A stretch of 34,855 nt of DNA from Octopus bimaculoides (Eukaryota). The position numbers and the translations under genes are program-made. Below are positions 1 through 12,790 of this stretch, piece by piece. Below the pieces are notes generated by a model, which had not been told where the DNA came from, did no database searches, and saw only the letters and a list, made by a program, of their open reading frames with translations. Location: NCBI RefSeq assembly GCF_001194135.2, contig NC_068998.1:21482764-21517618 (forward strand), written 5' to 3'. The first letter of the stretch is position 1. Every line of letters starts with the position of its first letter.

Positions 1-593
1 GTGGCTCGAGAGTTAATACGTACAGAAGCAACGAGAGGGGGCATTTCTGACGGTCCGAACGTGGAAGGTCCAAAGGTCTGTACAGATGTCCATTCACGCG
101 AATTACCGAACGGAATAAATGATGGATTTTTTCCCTTATGAGGTTTTTTTCACGCTAGCTACTTGATAAATTCTTGTAAAAGAATTCATCCTATTATTGA
201 ATTTAAATATATAACCAGAATATATTCAGTGCTGAATTTATTCTGAAAAAAACATATGTACCGAGATGCAATTCGAAAAGCCCGCCACTTACATAGGTAT
301 ATAGCGATAAACAATCTTCTATGTACTATGCTGGATACACGGTGTTCGTTTGGTTTGTTGATTTTCTGTTTATGTCTATGTATCTTGACCATATTATACT
401 GACGAGTAGAAGTTGTATAATACTACAATAACTACGAAATCATGATCAATAATTCAGTCTGTTTTTAAGGGGATAGCTTTGAGAGTTGCATTTCCTCGCG
501 TTCGGTAAAAATGTGTATATTATGGTAGTTTGACCATAGAGTCCCTCATAGCGTGAGGCATTCTTGTATAGTAATGCCCTTATATAAATGGAT

Positions 594-617
594 AAATATA
601 TATATATATATATATAT
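594..617. repeat. (TA)n microsatellite within a TA/CA/TG-rich low-complexity block (~590-830)
   Basis: Direct reading; the YIYIYI/HTHT ORFs in the track derive from it. Confidence 0.95.
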
Positions 618-913
618 GCATATAATATGCGTATATACATATATATCTATTTATATACACATGTACGCACAGACATACAGGCACACAAAAACGCACACTT
701 ATACATATGTATCTATACACATACACACACACATGTATATCTATATGTGTATATGTGCATGTGTTTGTGTGTATGTGGCAGGGCATATATGCGTGTGTGT
801 ATGTATAGGTATATATGCATATATATTATCAACTAAGCATTTTGAGCGATGTGCTAATGATTCTTCCAACTCGCCGCCTGTTTTACTGAGGGTTAATATT
901 ACCATTTCGTATA

Positions 914-1121
914 AGGCCGGGAGCTGGAAGCATTATGACGCTGGACAAAAACCGCGTTTCGTCCGCTCTTATGTTCTGAGTTAAAATTCTACCGAGGTCG
1001 ACTTCGGCTTTCGTCCTTTCAGAACCCATAAAATAAGTATCAGTTGAATACTGGAGTGGATGTAATCGACTTAGCCCCTCCCTAAAATCTATTGGCCTTG
1101 TGTCAAAATTTAAAACCAACA
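914..1121 (+). mobile_element. tRNA-derived SINE, type A (diverged)
   Basis: Head gagctgg...gttctgagttaaaattctaccgaggtcgac and body aataagtatcagttgaatactggagtggatgtaatcgactt align by eye to the copies at 13014, 23454, 24506, 30344 and 32151. Confidence 0.85.
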
Positions 1122-1129
1122 TTACTGTT

Positions 1130-2000
1130 TCGCTCATTGGGTGAATTACATTTATGATATTTCGTAGCAACAATGTTTCTTAATAGTATAAATATCTATA
1201 AAATCATTAGACTGTTCAGGAGTATCTAATTGAGAAAACTCTTCGAAGAGAGAGAGAGCATTCTTGGCACAATATCTGTGAATTGCTGGGAGAAATTAAC
1301 TCTAAACAATCACGAAATATAGCTGCAATATGTCAAGTATTTTGCTTTCGAATTAACTAGGAGTATTCTTTTTAAATTCCTTTCCAAATCTGTATGATTT
1401 CTGAGTGAGAATTAAAAAATTGCTTCCGAATTTAAGTCATCAAAATATTGTCATTAAAAATCTAGTGCCTCTTTACCATCAGCAATTTCAGTTCGAAGTA
1501 AAACTTTCTCTTCAAACAATAGGGTATTTTAGTAACATGTTGCAATAACTGAATTCAAAATTTCAGTAGAACCAAATTTAAAATTCAGCTGTGTTCTGTT
1601 AAGTAAAATTTGTTTAGTAAAATTTGGGATAAACTCTATTATACCTTGATTATATGCACAATTTGCCTTCCATTTAATTCATGGTTATGCATTGTAGCAA
1701 ATCAATATGCATAGTATCTAATGACCTTGTCTTGAATTTTAAGAAGACAAACTATAGCATATTCTTTGACAGTAAATCCATCCAGTCTTTGAATGAACTG
1801 TTTTTTCCATCAAATCGTTTCTGTATATTATAGCTGTCGATATATTTTCTGCGTATTTTTTTTAATGTTGCGTATTCTTAATTACAGAAGATGTTGATTC
1901 AGTTGTTTTGAAAGATCTGCGTAATGAAGATACAGACTGATTGATGCTTGAACAGTTTACAATTTCCGTCTTTAAGTGAACACTTCTTCACTTTCGAACG
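1130..2000 (-). pseudogene. Possible degenerate coding sequence of unknown origin (stops and frameshifts)
   Basis: Successive minus-strand peptide-like blocks: EYATLKKIRRKYIDSYNIQKRFDGKNSSFKDWMDLL, KQFIQRLDGFTVKEYAIVCLLKIQDKVIRYY, WKANCAYNQGIIEFIPNFTKQILLNRTQLNFKFGSTEILNSVIATCY*NTLLFEEKVLLRTEIADGKEALDF. No family recognised. Confidence 0.3.
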
Positions 2001-2879
2001 TTCATTAACAATTTACATTTCACTAATTTTAGTTTAGGTTATAATTAATAAAAAAAAGATGAAGTTTCTAATACTAAACAGAGACATTTAAACGCTGCTA
2101 TATGTAATTGTACTATAGAGTAGATGACTGCAATAGAATTTGGTATACAAACAAAAATGAGAGATAACTCGCCTACAAACATATCGCTGTTGCACTTATA
2201 TTTCAGTCTACTGTTTCAATATTCTGCTTACGTGGATGATTTCCTGTTTATTATTTTCCATAAATAGCTAGTTCTGCTGTAGCGTTGTTTTGTCAGAAAT
2301 TTCTAAATGTAAAACAATAATTTCAAACAATATGATTACTATTCTATAATTACTATTCATATGACATTATAGTCTTATAACATAATGGCAAATGAAGAAA
2401 TAGAAGTATAAGTTTCATAGATTTAGTGCGCATAAATAAATAATATCTGAATAGATAGAATACAAAAATTGGATTATCAGTGTTACTTCATAAGATATGG
2501 CAGTCTTGTGTATAAAAATGAATGGGTATGAATAGAGTTTATATAATTGTTTCTAATGAAGCTTGGATTGCGTCCTAATTACAGAGAATGGGTAAAATAA
2601 TTTTTCATGTCTGGAATTCGTTTTATCAACTTTAAAGCAATGAAAGCTAAGTCGGTAACGGTGGTGTTGGTACTTCAGAACACAGTGCATGAAATCGGTT
2701 GGAGTATTGCTTCAGTACCAGCGCATTCAGAGATGTATACTCTACTATATGAGGAAAAAGGAAGAGAATTAAAATGTCACCGCATTCAATTAAACAATAT
2801 GTATGATGCTTATAGAAACACATCTAACCTCTAATATAACAGATGCAGGAATACACATATCAGATATATTGTATTTCAT

Positions 2880-3640
2880 GCACACAGAAGAGAAGAATCC
2901 ACGGAGTTGTTGCATACAGGCGCGAAAATATCACACACCTTATTGTAGTCAGACTCAGACTCAATTTGTGACACTTCAATAATGCATATAAAGCAAACTG
3001 ATCTAGCTATACATACACCACATCGTCCACCAAATGCCCTGAACCATAATAGGGAACTTGAGGATAGACGCAGGCATATAGAAGTAGTCACAAGCTTTGA
3101 CCAGCATATCAATATACACTACCTGGGTGAATTCAACCTCCCAAATATTAAATAGCCTGCTGGCCCATCCTCTCTGGGATGTACTGCTTGTACAATGGGC
3201 GGTAGAATCATTACTTGAACCTGATAATATGCTGTTCATGGAACAAGTGATACTCCAGCCAACTAGGAGTAACAACATCTTGGATATCTGCTTTGCAAAT
3301 AATGTGAAGACGACGCCAATAGCACTGTTGTCATCTGTCTTATTAGAGGGACTCACGTCATATCCAACTTGAATTTCAATAAAACAAAACTGAAATCAAT
3401 CCGCAAAGAGGTCCACAAACGAAACTGGTTCGACATTCTATCTATGCAAGACATTGACTGAAAACTCAGTCAATTTATGTCGAGAAGGAAAGCTATATGA
3501 GTTAAACAGAAAGAAAGAGCTATCATACCTACTAACACAGTCCCCAGAGACCAGAAAATCCTTATGAGACACAAATCAAAGGTATCAAACCGGTCGACAG
3601 GGAAACTTAAAGACGGACACTCCCATTAATTGAAAAAAAA
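2880..3640 (+). mobile_element. Decayed non-LTR retrotransposon (CR1/L2-like clade) AP-endonuclease fragment
   Basis: Ordered APE motifs across frameshifts: HRPPN, LGEFNLPNIK (GDFN motif), EQVILQPTRSNNILDICFANN (PTR..NILD motif), followed by linker sequence. Multiple stops. Confidence 0.85.
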
Positions 3641-3689
3641 AATCTAATATCCCATCACAAGGAAATAAGAGAGCAGAGCAAAGAGAGGG

Positions 3690-3789
<100 letters not shown>

Positions 3790-4675
3790 CTGAGCTGAGG
3801 AAAAGGTAAAAACGAACCCTACAACTTTCTATAAATTTGCGAAAGAAGCAGCCACAGTACAAAAGCAAAATTTAGGACTGTTGTTCCAAAAAATGACTAA
3901 CTGACTTAGGGAAACGATGGAGTAAGACGTCAGAAATACGTTTGTCGTAAAATGTCGTTTCCTTGGCTACCTGAATCTACCATAATTCCTTGGTCAGAAT
4001 GATGAACGGTGAGTGCGGATAAGTCGTGATTGTAGAAATAGAACGGGATATGGTGCTTATGTTGTATATAACTAAGAATAAATACTACCGACTGAATGTC
4101 CTTGCAATAGTTTACAAATAGTTGAAAAGGGGTAACCATGAGCTATAAGTGATAACTTAAGGACACACACACAAACACACACGCGCACACACACACGCAC
4201 ACACACCCAAATTCTTATACATATATGACGAATTGAAAAAATAATAACTCAAACATAAAATCACAATGAATGATAAATGTGTTCCAGTAGAATAAATTTG
4301 CACCATAATTGGGAAACTAATTAACATATTTCTTCCCTAGATTAATTGCAATTATGGAATGATGAATAAGCGAAACTTAATTGAGGTGTAAATATATAAT
4401 AATATACCGAGATATTAATTTAAGGACATACATGTCAATGCAGTGAGCATTTTTATATGCTTAATACAATTCACACTGAAATAACTTTCGTCGAACAATT
4501 TTGTGACAAACTTTTACACATCGATATTTTATAGTTCATATATAACAGGTAATTATTTGCAAGATGGTTAAGAGCTAAATAGTTTCAACATAAATCGTTG
4601 TGCTAGTTATCGAGAGTACCTTTAATGATATAATCACAGCTCAATCGATAAAAATATCTTTCTATAACCTCTTTT

Positions 4676-4696
4676 CTCTCTCTTTCTATTTCTCTG

Positions 4697-4734
<38 letters not shown>

Positions 4735-4760
4735 TCTCTCCCCCCTCTCTCTCTCTATCT
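4676..4760. repeat. (TC)n microsatellite, interrupted
   Basis: Direct reading. Confidence 0.95.
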
Positions 4761-4934
4761 ATCCGGACACAATTTTTTGTTTCTCTCTCCATGTTTTCCT
4801 CTCAAACCTTTCTGTCGAAGAGTGTAGGCTTGAAATGTCAAAGACATTTCTATTTTTTCCTAGCCTCAAACTAAACCACCTGCTTGTTGTTTATTCACTC
4901 GTTTCTGTAGTGTGTTTTCTGTACATTTGAGCTA

Positions 4935-4976
<42 letters not shown>

Positions 4977-5091
4977 TATGCATATATATATATATATAAC
5001 TTTTGTTATTTATACTCATACTAATATATACTTTTGTTATTTACACCACCTGTCCTCGTCTGTTGTTATTTTTTGTATATTCTCCTATATA

Positions 5092-5154
5092 NNNNNNNNN
5101 NNNNNNNNNNNNNNNNNNNNNNNNNNNNNNNNNNNNNNNNNNNNNNNNNNNNNN
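5092..5154. other. Assembly gap flanked by (TA)n and (GT)n (5160-5255)
   Basis: N run. Confidence 0.99.
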
Positions 5155-5155
5155 T

Positions 5156-5201
<46 letters not shown>

Positions 5202-7279
5202 CGTGTGTGTGCGTGTGTGTGTGCGTGAGTGTGCGCGCGCGCGTGCGTGTGTGTTTACTAGTTAGTTTTGACAGCCTCTTTCTAAAATAAATACGCGAGT
5301 GATGTTGAAATCAGGTTAACGCAATCCACAAATATTGCAGTTTTGATTGTGCCTTTGCTTAGAACATAGAGTAATTACGACCTAATGTATATATTTCAAG
5401 TTATCTTCGCTCGAGGCTTATATAATTAATATTCTTCTGAGTTATTACAGTCTAAATATAGTCCTGGGTTGCTCTAATAAGGTGAAAATTATTATTGTCT
5501 CTCATGATTGTACTGAATGTATTAAAAGTACATTCCGTTTCTTAATGAACAAACAGCTGTATTTTCACCAATTAACTGATTGTCACACAACACAGTTTGT
5601 TATTAATCACTGCTTGGAATATTTTTGATGCCACACAATAGCAAATATCCTCAAATGTATAGAGCAAGTAATGTTTTCAACTAGAATCCACAGGGATGTG
5701 TCTTGTCGATTTTGCGAAAGTCTGTAAATGGATAAGGAAAGGCGTTTCTTTTATGGCTAATTCACAGGGTGTATCAGATTGGATTTATGTCATCAATAAG
5801 GATATGGTTGATCGACTCTACTGTAGAAAGGACAAAGCGTTTCTAATGTGTTTAATCGATGGAATCAACCACGATTGATTAATGTTTCTTGAAATCTGAA
5901 CATGGATGAATAAAGTAAAGCTACAAAGGTTGTTCATTATTTCTGGCAATTATAGCCTCCCATGCAGGAATGTCCATTCCCTATATTGCGAAAATGCCCG
6001 AAGTGGACAGATGAAGTGTTTAATTAATTGAGATGAAATTTCTACTTCACTGGTATTTAAATTATGAACTCCTACAAGATGAAAGGTAAAAGTGAAATCG
6101 TTGAATCTGAAGTGAGAATGGGAACTGAAGATAAATAAAATAAACCAAATAATTCAAAGTAATTTCGTTACTTTACACTATCGACTATTCCGCTGTCATA
6201 ATATATTGGATATTCTCTAATGTCTAACAGGCTCTGGTTAAGCACGTTTTCTTTTTGAGCTCTTACTCACTCAGCTACAGCAATAATCATAGAACATCTG
6301 TAGCTCTTCCAGCTATGCAGCATATATTTTGTTTTACTATTTACGAAAAGCTTATTTTTCTTCTTTAGTTTTACACTCTCTCGCACATGTATCACCATAC
6401 CTATGGTGACAAATCTTTGTTTCTCTCCCCAATCTGCAAAATTAATCATTTCCCTTGCTGCATTGACCCTTAGCCAGCTAGCAGACCATGGATGTAATTT
6501 CAACTTAACGGTGCCCCTCCTCTTTAAGAAACATTGTACCTTGATAGGAACGTTCCTCACACTGTTTCAAGGTCTTTCAAAAATTAGCAACGACTCACAT
6601 CCAGCATCCGGTTATACGGCTGGATTGGTTATACTAACCACAGCAAGAGTCATTAGCAACAATGGTTGCACTGTTGCTTTCCCGACTTCTGCTAAAACTG
6701 AATAAGTTTAAAAGTATGAGCAATGATTAGCACAACACTAGGAATTAGAGAAGAAATGGTGAATCGATTTTATCCATATCATTACTCCATGTTTTATTTT
6801 ATAAATTCTCTTAAAGTTGACATTGTCTGTACTTGAACTCAGAAGGTAAACTGCGGAAAGAAATCCCGAAAGGTATCTAGTATGATGCTAAAACGAATCT
6901 ATTATATACATTTTAATCGATGAAGTAAAATATCAAGTGTAATCAGTGTACTGGACAATTCTGTATGTCAGCATTTCACATGGCCCTTCCTGCACAATCC
7001 TGTTTCTAGCACAATCCTGTTTCCAGCACGAAATTTTATGTTTAATTCGGTTGAATGGGGACTTTCAAGAGATTTGGCAGGAAATGGAAATGTTTTTTTT
7101 TTTTAATTTCAAATGTCTTGCTGAATGACGAAATTCGCTAGTTTTAACAAAAATTGGCGTATTCTGATTACGTACTGGGTATCTGTGCTAAATTCAACTG
7201 TTTATATAAAAGGAAACGAAAAAAAAAATATCGCATGCAAAAATATGACTATTTAAAAATAAACGTCTGCAAGGACGTT

Positions 7280-7485
7280 TTATTAAGCCCAGAACTTATT
7301 CTCTCGATCTCTTATGCTGAATCGCTACGGTACTGGGACGTAAAAACACCAACACCGGTTGTCAAGTGGTAGTGGGAACAAACAAACACAGAGACACACA
7401 CACATACATACATACATACATACATACATACATACATACATACATACATACACACACACATATACACACAGACATATATACAACG
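7280..7485 (-). mobile_element. tRNA-SINE type B, 3' half only, with internal (TATG)n microsatellite
   Basis: Reverse complement matches the tail of the full copy at 12577-12965 (gacaaccg..gtg..tttacgtccc, gatagaataagt). Ends at atatatacaacg, where the SINE head should continue. Confidence 0.8.
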
Positions 7486-7493
7486 TAATCTTT

Positions 7494-9105
7494 TTTTACG
7501 GCGTACCTAAAATACACAAGAGCATAAAAATTAATGAAGCATGCAAACAACCACCAGGTAAATACATAAATTTCCTAGCACCAGAGGATTTAAAGTTTAA
7601 GCCTATCATTGCCTGTGAAACCCACCACTTAAACAATTTTCTAGACATTCAACAGAAACCCTTGCTGAAATACATCAAACGTTTCATTAGAGACGATCTA
7701 AATATGTTTAAGCACCTACCAAAAACTAATGAAGAGACATTATCAGTTTCCTTCGATGTTATTAATCTTTACACCAACATCCAACATGACTATAGAATAG
7801 AAGCAATACAATTCTGGCTGGAAAAGTACCCCGAAGAATTTCCGGAACGCATAAACCAGGTTTTTTATCATTGCAACTTTGAAATTTATACTTCAGAACA
7901 ATTATTTCCTATTTGATGACACCTATCGACAAAAATGTGGAATTGCGATGGGGACAAAAGCAGCCTCTGTTCTGGTGAACCTAATTATGGGATATTTTGA
8001 ATTCACCATATAAGAAGTGTCACTGCAAAAATATGGATATCCATTTCATGATTATCTAAGAGAGAACTGGAAAAGATATCTGGATGTCAGATTTACCATT
8101 TAGAAGGAGACCAAATATAAACTAAACAGTATATATTCTAACATTCAGTTTACAATGGAATATAGCAAGAAACGGCTCCCATTGTTAGATATATTCTGAT
8201 AAAAAATCAATAACCAAATTATAACTGACATTTATCATAAACCAACGGACTCAAAACAATATCTTCTACTTACTTCATGCCACTCGTAACAACATCAAAA
8301 GAAATATTCCCTTTAATTTAGCGAAAAGAATTTTCTGATGGAAATACACGGGATCTCCGTCTTCAGGACCTCAGAATAACACTAACTGAGACACGCCATC
8401 CACTCTCACTTATACATGATGGAATTAAACGTGTCAAGAAAATAGGCATTAAAGCACTAAGGGAAACAAAACAAACCAAAAACTCCTCATCTCAAAATTC
8501 TACCGTTTATATCAACTCACAACCATAGAAACACTGGCATAGAATGCTATTGTACAAATCTGCCAATGCTTACTAGGGATCCAAAAACTAACAACATCCT
8601 GAAGACACATTAATTCATCAAATGTAAAAAGCAACTCAAATCTCTGAAAAAACTCCTGACAAATGCAAAGCTTTACACAACAAATACGAAACCGATGGTT
8701 AAAAAATGAGGACGTCCAAACTGTGGAACATGCCTCAGCCTACTAGAAGGATCGGAATTTCAATTCAAACAAGGGGAGAGGTTCACAATTAAGACCAAAT
8801 GCATGTGTGCATGCGAGAATGTAATCTATGTTTGAACTCGTTCAGGTTGTGGATATAACTATACAGGATAGACAAGTATGGAACTTAGAAGGAGAACCAC
8901 ACTACATAAGAAACAGATCCATTTGCTAAAGTATAGGCATATATATTTGAGTGAATACGTAGACTGATGTGCAGGGAATCGCCAACCAAATTTCACAGTT
9001 TTCTCCATCTACCAGTGCAAAGAAACAATTGCTGTACTAGAACGCTTAAATAAAGAAAATTTAGTTATAGAAAAATACAGAACACGCTTAAATATGAAAG
9101 CATAA
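7494..9105 (+). mobile_element. Penelope-like retroelement, 5'-truncated and decayed (RT + GIY-YIG endonuclease)
   Basis: FYGVPKIHK, FKPII, SFDVINLYTNI, YRQKCGIAMGT, WKRYLD, TDIYHKPTDSKQYL, then CGTC...NVIYV*TRSGCGYNYTG (GIY-YIG) and KENLVIEKY..LN* at the C-terminus. Many stops and frameshifts. Confidence 0.92.
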
Positions 9106-9598
9106 CCAACTTTGGTCTCAGTATGTATTTCAATTCATGATCACATATTCACCACTGTACATATTTTATCTCAAAACTTTAGCTTATGAGTTTTTGTGTG
9201 TTTATTGATCCCACCCCATCAATGAGCAATTATCTCTCCTGTAACGAGTAATAACTATCACCAGCTACCTCACCTTAATTTTTTCTACTTGTTGATTCAT
9301 TCGCACACTTCCATTCAAATACATGGACAAACATCTTCTTAAGAAAATACGATATTACAATAATTTCAATGACATGATTAGCGAAATAGAAACCAGTCGA
9401 CAAGCACAATACTCTTTCATTTAAAACATATTAAAACTATATAAAATACGTGTATTTTGCTTCTTTTAATTTATGTATATATTTTTTGCATTAGAGCTCA
9501 CCATGTAGGGGTAATCGAAATTCTCTTCCTCTCTTTTCTTACTATACATGCACACATGCATACATATATACATACATGCAACATGCATATATGTATAT

Positions 9599-10447
9599 NN
9601 NNNNNNNNNNNNNNNNNNNNNNNNNNNNNNNNNNNNNNNNNNNNNNNNNNNNNNNNNNNNNNNNNNNNNNNNNNNNNNNNNNNNNNNNNNNNNNNNNNNN
9701 NNNNNNNNNNNNNNNNNNNNNNNNNNNNNNNNNNNNNNNNNNNNNNNNNNNNNNNNNNNNNNNNNNNNNNNNNNNNNNNNNNNNNNNNNNNNNNNNNNNN
9801 NNNNNNNNNNNNNNNNNNNNNNNNNNNNNNNNNNNNNNNNNNNNNNNNNNNNNNNNNNNNNNNNNNNNNNNNNNNNNNNNNNNNNNNNNNNNNNNNNNNN
9901 NNNNNNNNNNNNNNNNNNNNNNNNNNNNNNNNNNNNNNNNNNNNNNNNNNNNNNNNNNNNNNNNNNNNNNNNNNNNNNNNNNNNNNNNNNNNNNNNNNNN
10001 NNNNNNNNNNNNNNNNNNNNNNNNNNNNNNNNNNNNNNNNNNNNNNNNNNNNNNNNNNNNNNNNNNNNNNNNNNNNNNNNNNNNNNNNNNNNNNNNNNNN
10101 NNNNNNNNNNNNNNNNNNNNNNNNNNNNNNNNNNNNNNNNNNNNNNNNNNNNNNNNNNNNNNNNNNNNNNNNNNNNNNNNNNNNNNNNNNNNNNNNNNNN
10201 NNNNNNNNNNNNNNNNNNNNNNNNNNNNNNNNNNNNNNNNNNNNNNNNNNNNNNNNNNNNNNNNNNNNNNNNNNNNNNNNNNNNNNNNNNNNNNNNNNNN
10301 NNNNNNNNNNNNNNNNNNNNNNNNNNNNNNNNNNNNNNNNNNNNNNNNNNNNNNNNNNNNNNNNNNNNNNNNNNNNNNNNNNNNNNNNNNNNNNNNNNNN
10401 NNNNNNNNNNNNNNNNNNNNNNNNNNNNNNNNNNNNNNNNNNNNNNN
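9599..10447. other. Assembly gap
   Basis: N run followed by (TA)n. Confidence 0.99.
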
Positions 10448-10485
<38 letters not shown>

Positions 10486-10494
<9 letters not shown>

Positions 10495-11978
10495 ATGTAT
10501 TAATGTGTTTGTATTACATACAAATATATACACACGCATATATATATATATATTATATATATGTGAAACACGTTAAAGTGTAGCGTACATGTTCGATATA
10601 GTGTTACAGCTGCTCTTCAATAATCTAGATGATAAATCTAGAAATACCCTCCGAAAATTCTACAACTAGCTTTAACGTTTCTTTGTTTTGCTTCTGTTAA
10701 CTACCTTCCATCTTTACACCATCTTCTCATTGTTCCTCTGAATACTACGCCAAATCTCTTCCTATCGATACTCTGCTTCCTCTTGAAAATGCAAGACTGT
10801 CTAAAGTTTTGAGTCCGTATTTGTTCCCTAATCTACTAAATTTGAATGTTTTTTCACTGCCTTGTTTGTTTTGCCTGGAAGCGATTTGGAAATATTCGGA
10901 CTGAACATCAATAGAAGCAATTTCCTGTTCCTGAGAGACATTTGGTGGATAAATGTTTATGAAATCTCTGTAGTTTTCCTTTTTCATTGTCTTCTCACCT
11001 ATCGATTACTAATTGATTGTAAACATTTATATTTGAGACCTACATTTCACCCAACCAATTCAATGTCAATGTAACTACTTACTAGTCGTTGCTTTGCACA
11101 CGATCAGTGGTACTGTGAAGTACAAAATCGCTTTAATCTTTAGATTCATATCATGGTTTTCAATGGTGCACTATTTATTAAGTAAGGAAACAACTGGATT
11201 TCTATGTGTAGTCATTTACTCACAGAACTATTTGGGAGTAAACAATAAGGGTTTAACAAACAGTCACTCATAAATGTGTGACAAAATATTTCCATGAGAG
11301 AAAAGCTGTTAGGATATGTTGACTTTATGTAGATATATAACTTGATAATTTTAAATGATATCCTGCTTTTGGAAGTTTTATATAACACTCATTATGTAAT
11401 AAGATAAAGGTAAAAGAAGATAGACAAATATATGTATAAATGGAGATAAATTGTTGGAGAGAGCTGAAGAAGTACAGAGTGTTAAAAACTTAGATCAGTA
11501 ATGCCCTTGTCAAAAGTTCGTTGTATAAACTAAATTAAATTGCATTATAATTGGAATTAGAAAAAGATATTACAATTGCGAGAACAAATGATGAACGAGC
11601 AACAACTAACTTTTTTTTAATGTCAGGAATAGATGACAGAACACGCATTTTGTTAACACTTAAATAGTTTAGTTGAATGAAAAGTATAGGGTATATATGC
11701 AGAGTATTATTTCAGTCCTCGTTGTACTGACATTAATATTAATTATTTAAATATTTGTACAAATGTTTTTCATCTTCACATTTTATATTATTCTCGAGTT
11801 AAACATAATATCACTTGTTAGAATAGTAAGTAGCTTGAGATAGTATATACCTCACCTCACACTGACAAACATGCACAGACATATACACTCATATATAATT
11901 ATTGATACATATATATAATATATATATATGCGTGTGTATATATTTGTATGTAATACAAACACATTAATACATATACAT

Positions 11979-11981
<3 letters not shown>
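10486..11981. repeat. Pair of ~75-bp near-identical inverted repeats (10486-10563 and 11908-11981)
   Basis: tgtatgtatatgtattaatgtgtttgtattacatacaaatatatacacacgcat... is present in both orientations, differing by one TA unit. Confidence 0.9.
10745..10998 (-). CDS. Candidate terminal coding exon or small ORF, unknown product
   Basis: Open frame (G)EKTMKKENYRDFINIYPP...SRVSIGRDLA* in non-repetitive sequence. The AG acceptor has a weak pyrimidine tract, and this ORF length can occur by chance. Confidence 0.25.

Positions 11982-12072
<91 letters not shown>
11980..12072. repeat. Compound (CA)n(TA)n(TG)n microsatellite (self-complementary arrangement)
   Basis: Direct reading. Confidence 0.95.
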
Positions 12073-12576
12073 TTGCTGATGTGTAGCGTGTGTAAATCAT
12101 AAATTACCGGATATAGCATAATCAATAATACACATTAGTCATTTGTAAACTTAAACCAGACTTTGAAAACACAAATATTTAAGTTATAATATATTAACTT
12201 ATATGAGACAACGAGTGTGCTTCTACTTATTTGTTCGAACTGTTAGAGATGTTGCCGGAATGTATTTGGACATAGGTCTTAAGAACTGGAGCCTAAAAGA
12301 GCTAAACGATAACTCTTCCCTATAATTTCTTCTTTCCTAAACGTGATCTCTTGCTGTCGAAAATCCCAGATTAATCTACATCACGTAAAGAAGCTGAAAA
12401 GTAGGAAGCAAGGTCTAAGTTACTCCTTCACCAAAAGAAAACCACATAAAAACGGCCATTGACTACCCTGGCGGTGCTCCAGCATTACCACAGACTTTGG
12501 GCAGAATTACATCAAAATCTAAAGAATAGAAGAATAGAAAAACAATAGGTGAAAAAATATATAGGTTAAATGTATA

Positions 12577-12745
12577 GGCGCAGGCATGGCTGTGCGGTAA
12601 GTACCTTGCTTACCAACCACATGGTTCCGGGTTCAGTCCCACTGCGCGGTACCTTGGGCAAATGTCTTCTACTATAGCCTCGGGCCGACCAAAGCCTTGT
12701 GAGTGGATTTGGTAGACGTAAACTGAAGAAGCCCGTCGTATATAT

Positions 12746-12790
<45 letters not shown>

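Noticed and set aside
446-984. ORFs rich in YI, CV, HT, SL (also at 4912-5290, 11852-12100, 13179-13886, 14734-15330, 17173-17794, 18183-18814, 33914-34099)
   Set aside because: Translations of di-, tri- and tetranucleotide microsatellites.
6981-7030. Short tandem duplications (gcacaatcctgtttc x2; also the 24-bp unit at ~13582-13636)
   Set aside because: Only about two units and no spacers; ordinary slippage duplications, not a CRISPR or array system.
9360-9405. Possible hammerhead remnant (GAAACCAGTC) downstream of the Penelope ORF
   Set aside because: No CUGANGA box and no stem I partner; at best a fully decayed relic.
9457-10583. Long 330-400 aa ORFs (also 24734-25300, 28756-29952, 32647-33183)
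   Set aside because: They are open only because they run through N gaps.
12577-12650. tRNA-like A/B boxes (also 24640-24722, 27600-27694, 34689-34760)
   Set aside because: These are SINE heads with no complete cloverleaf, so they are not called tRNA genes.
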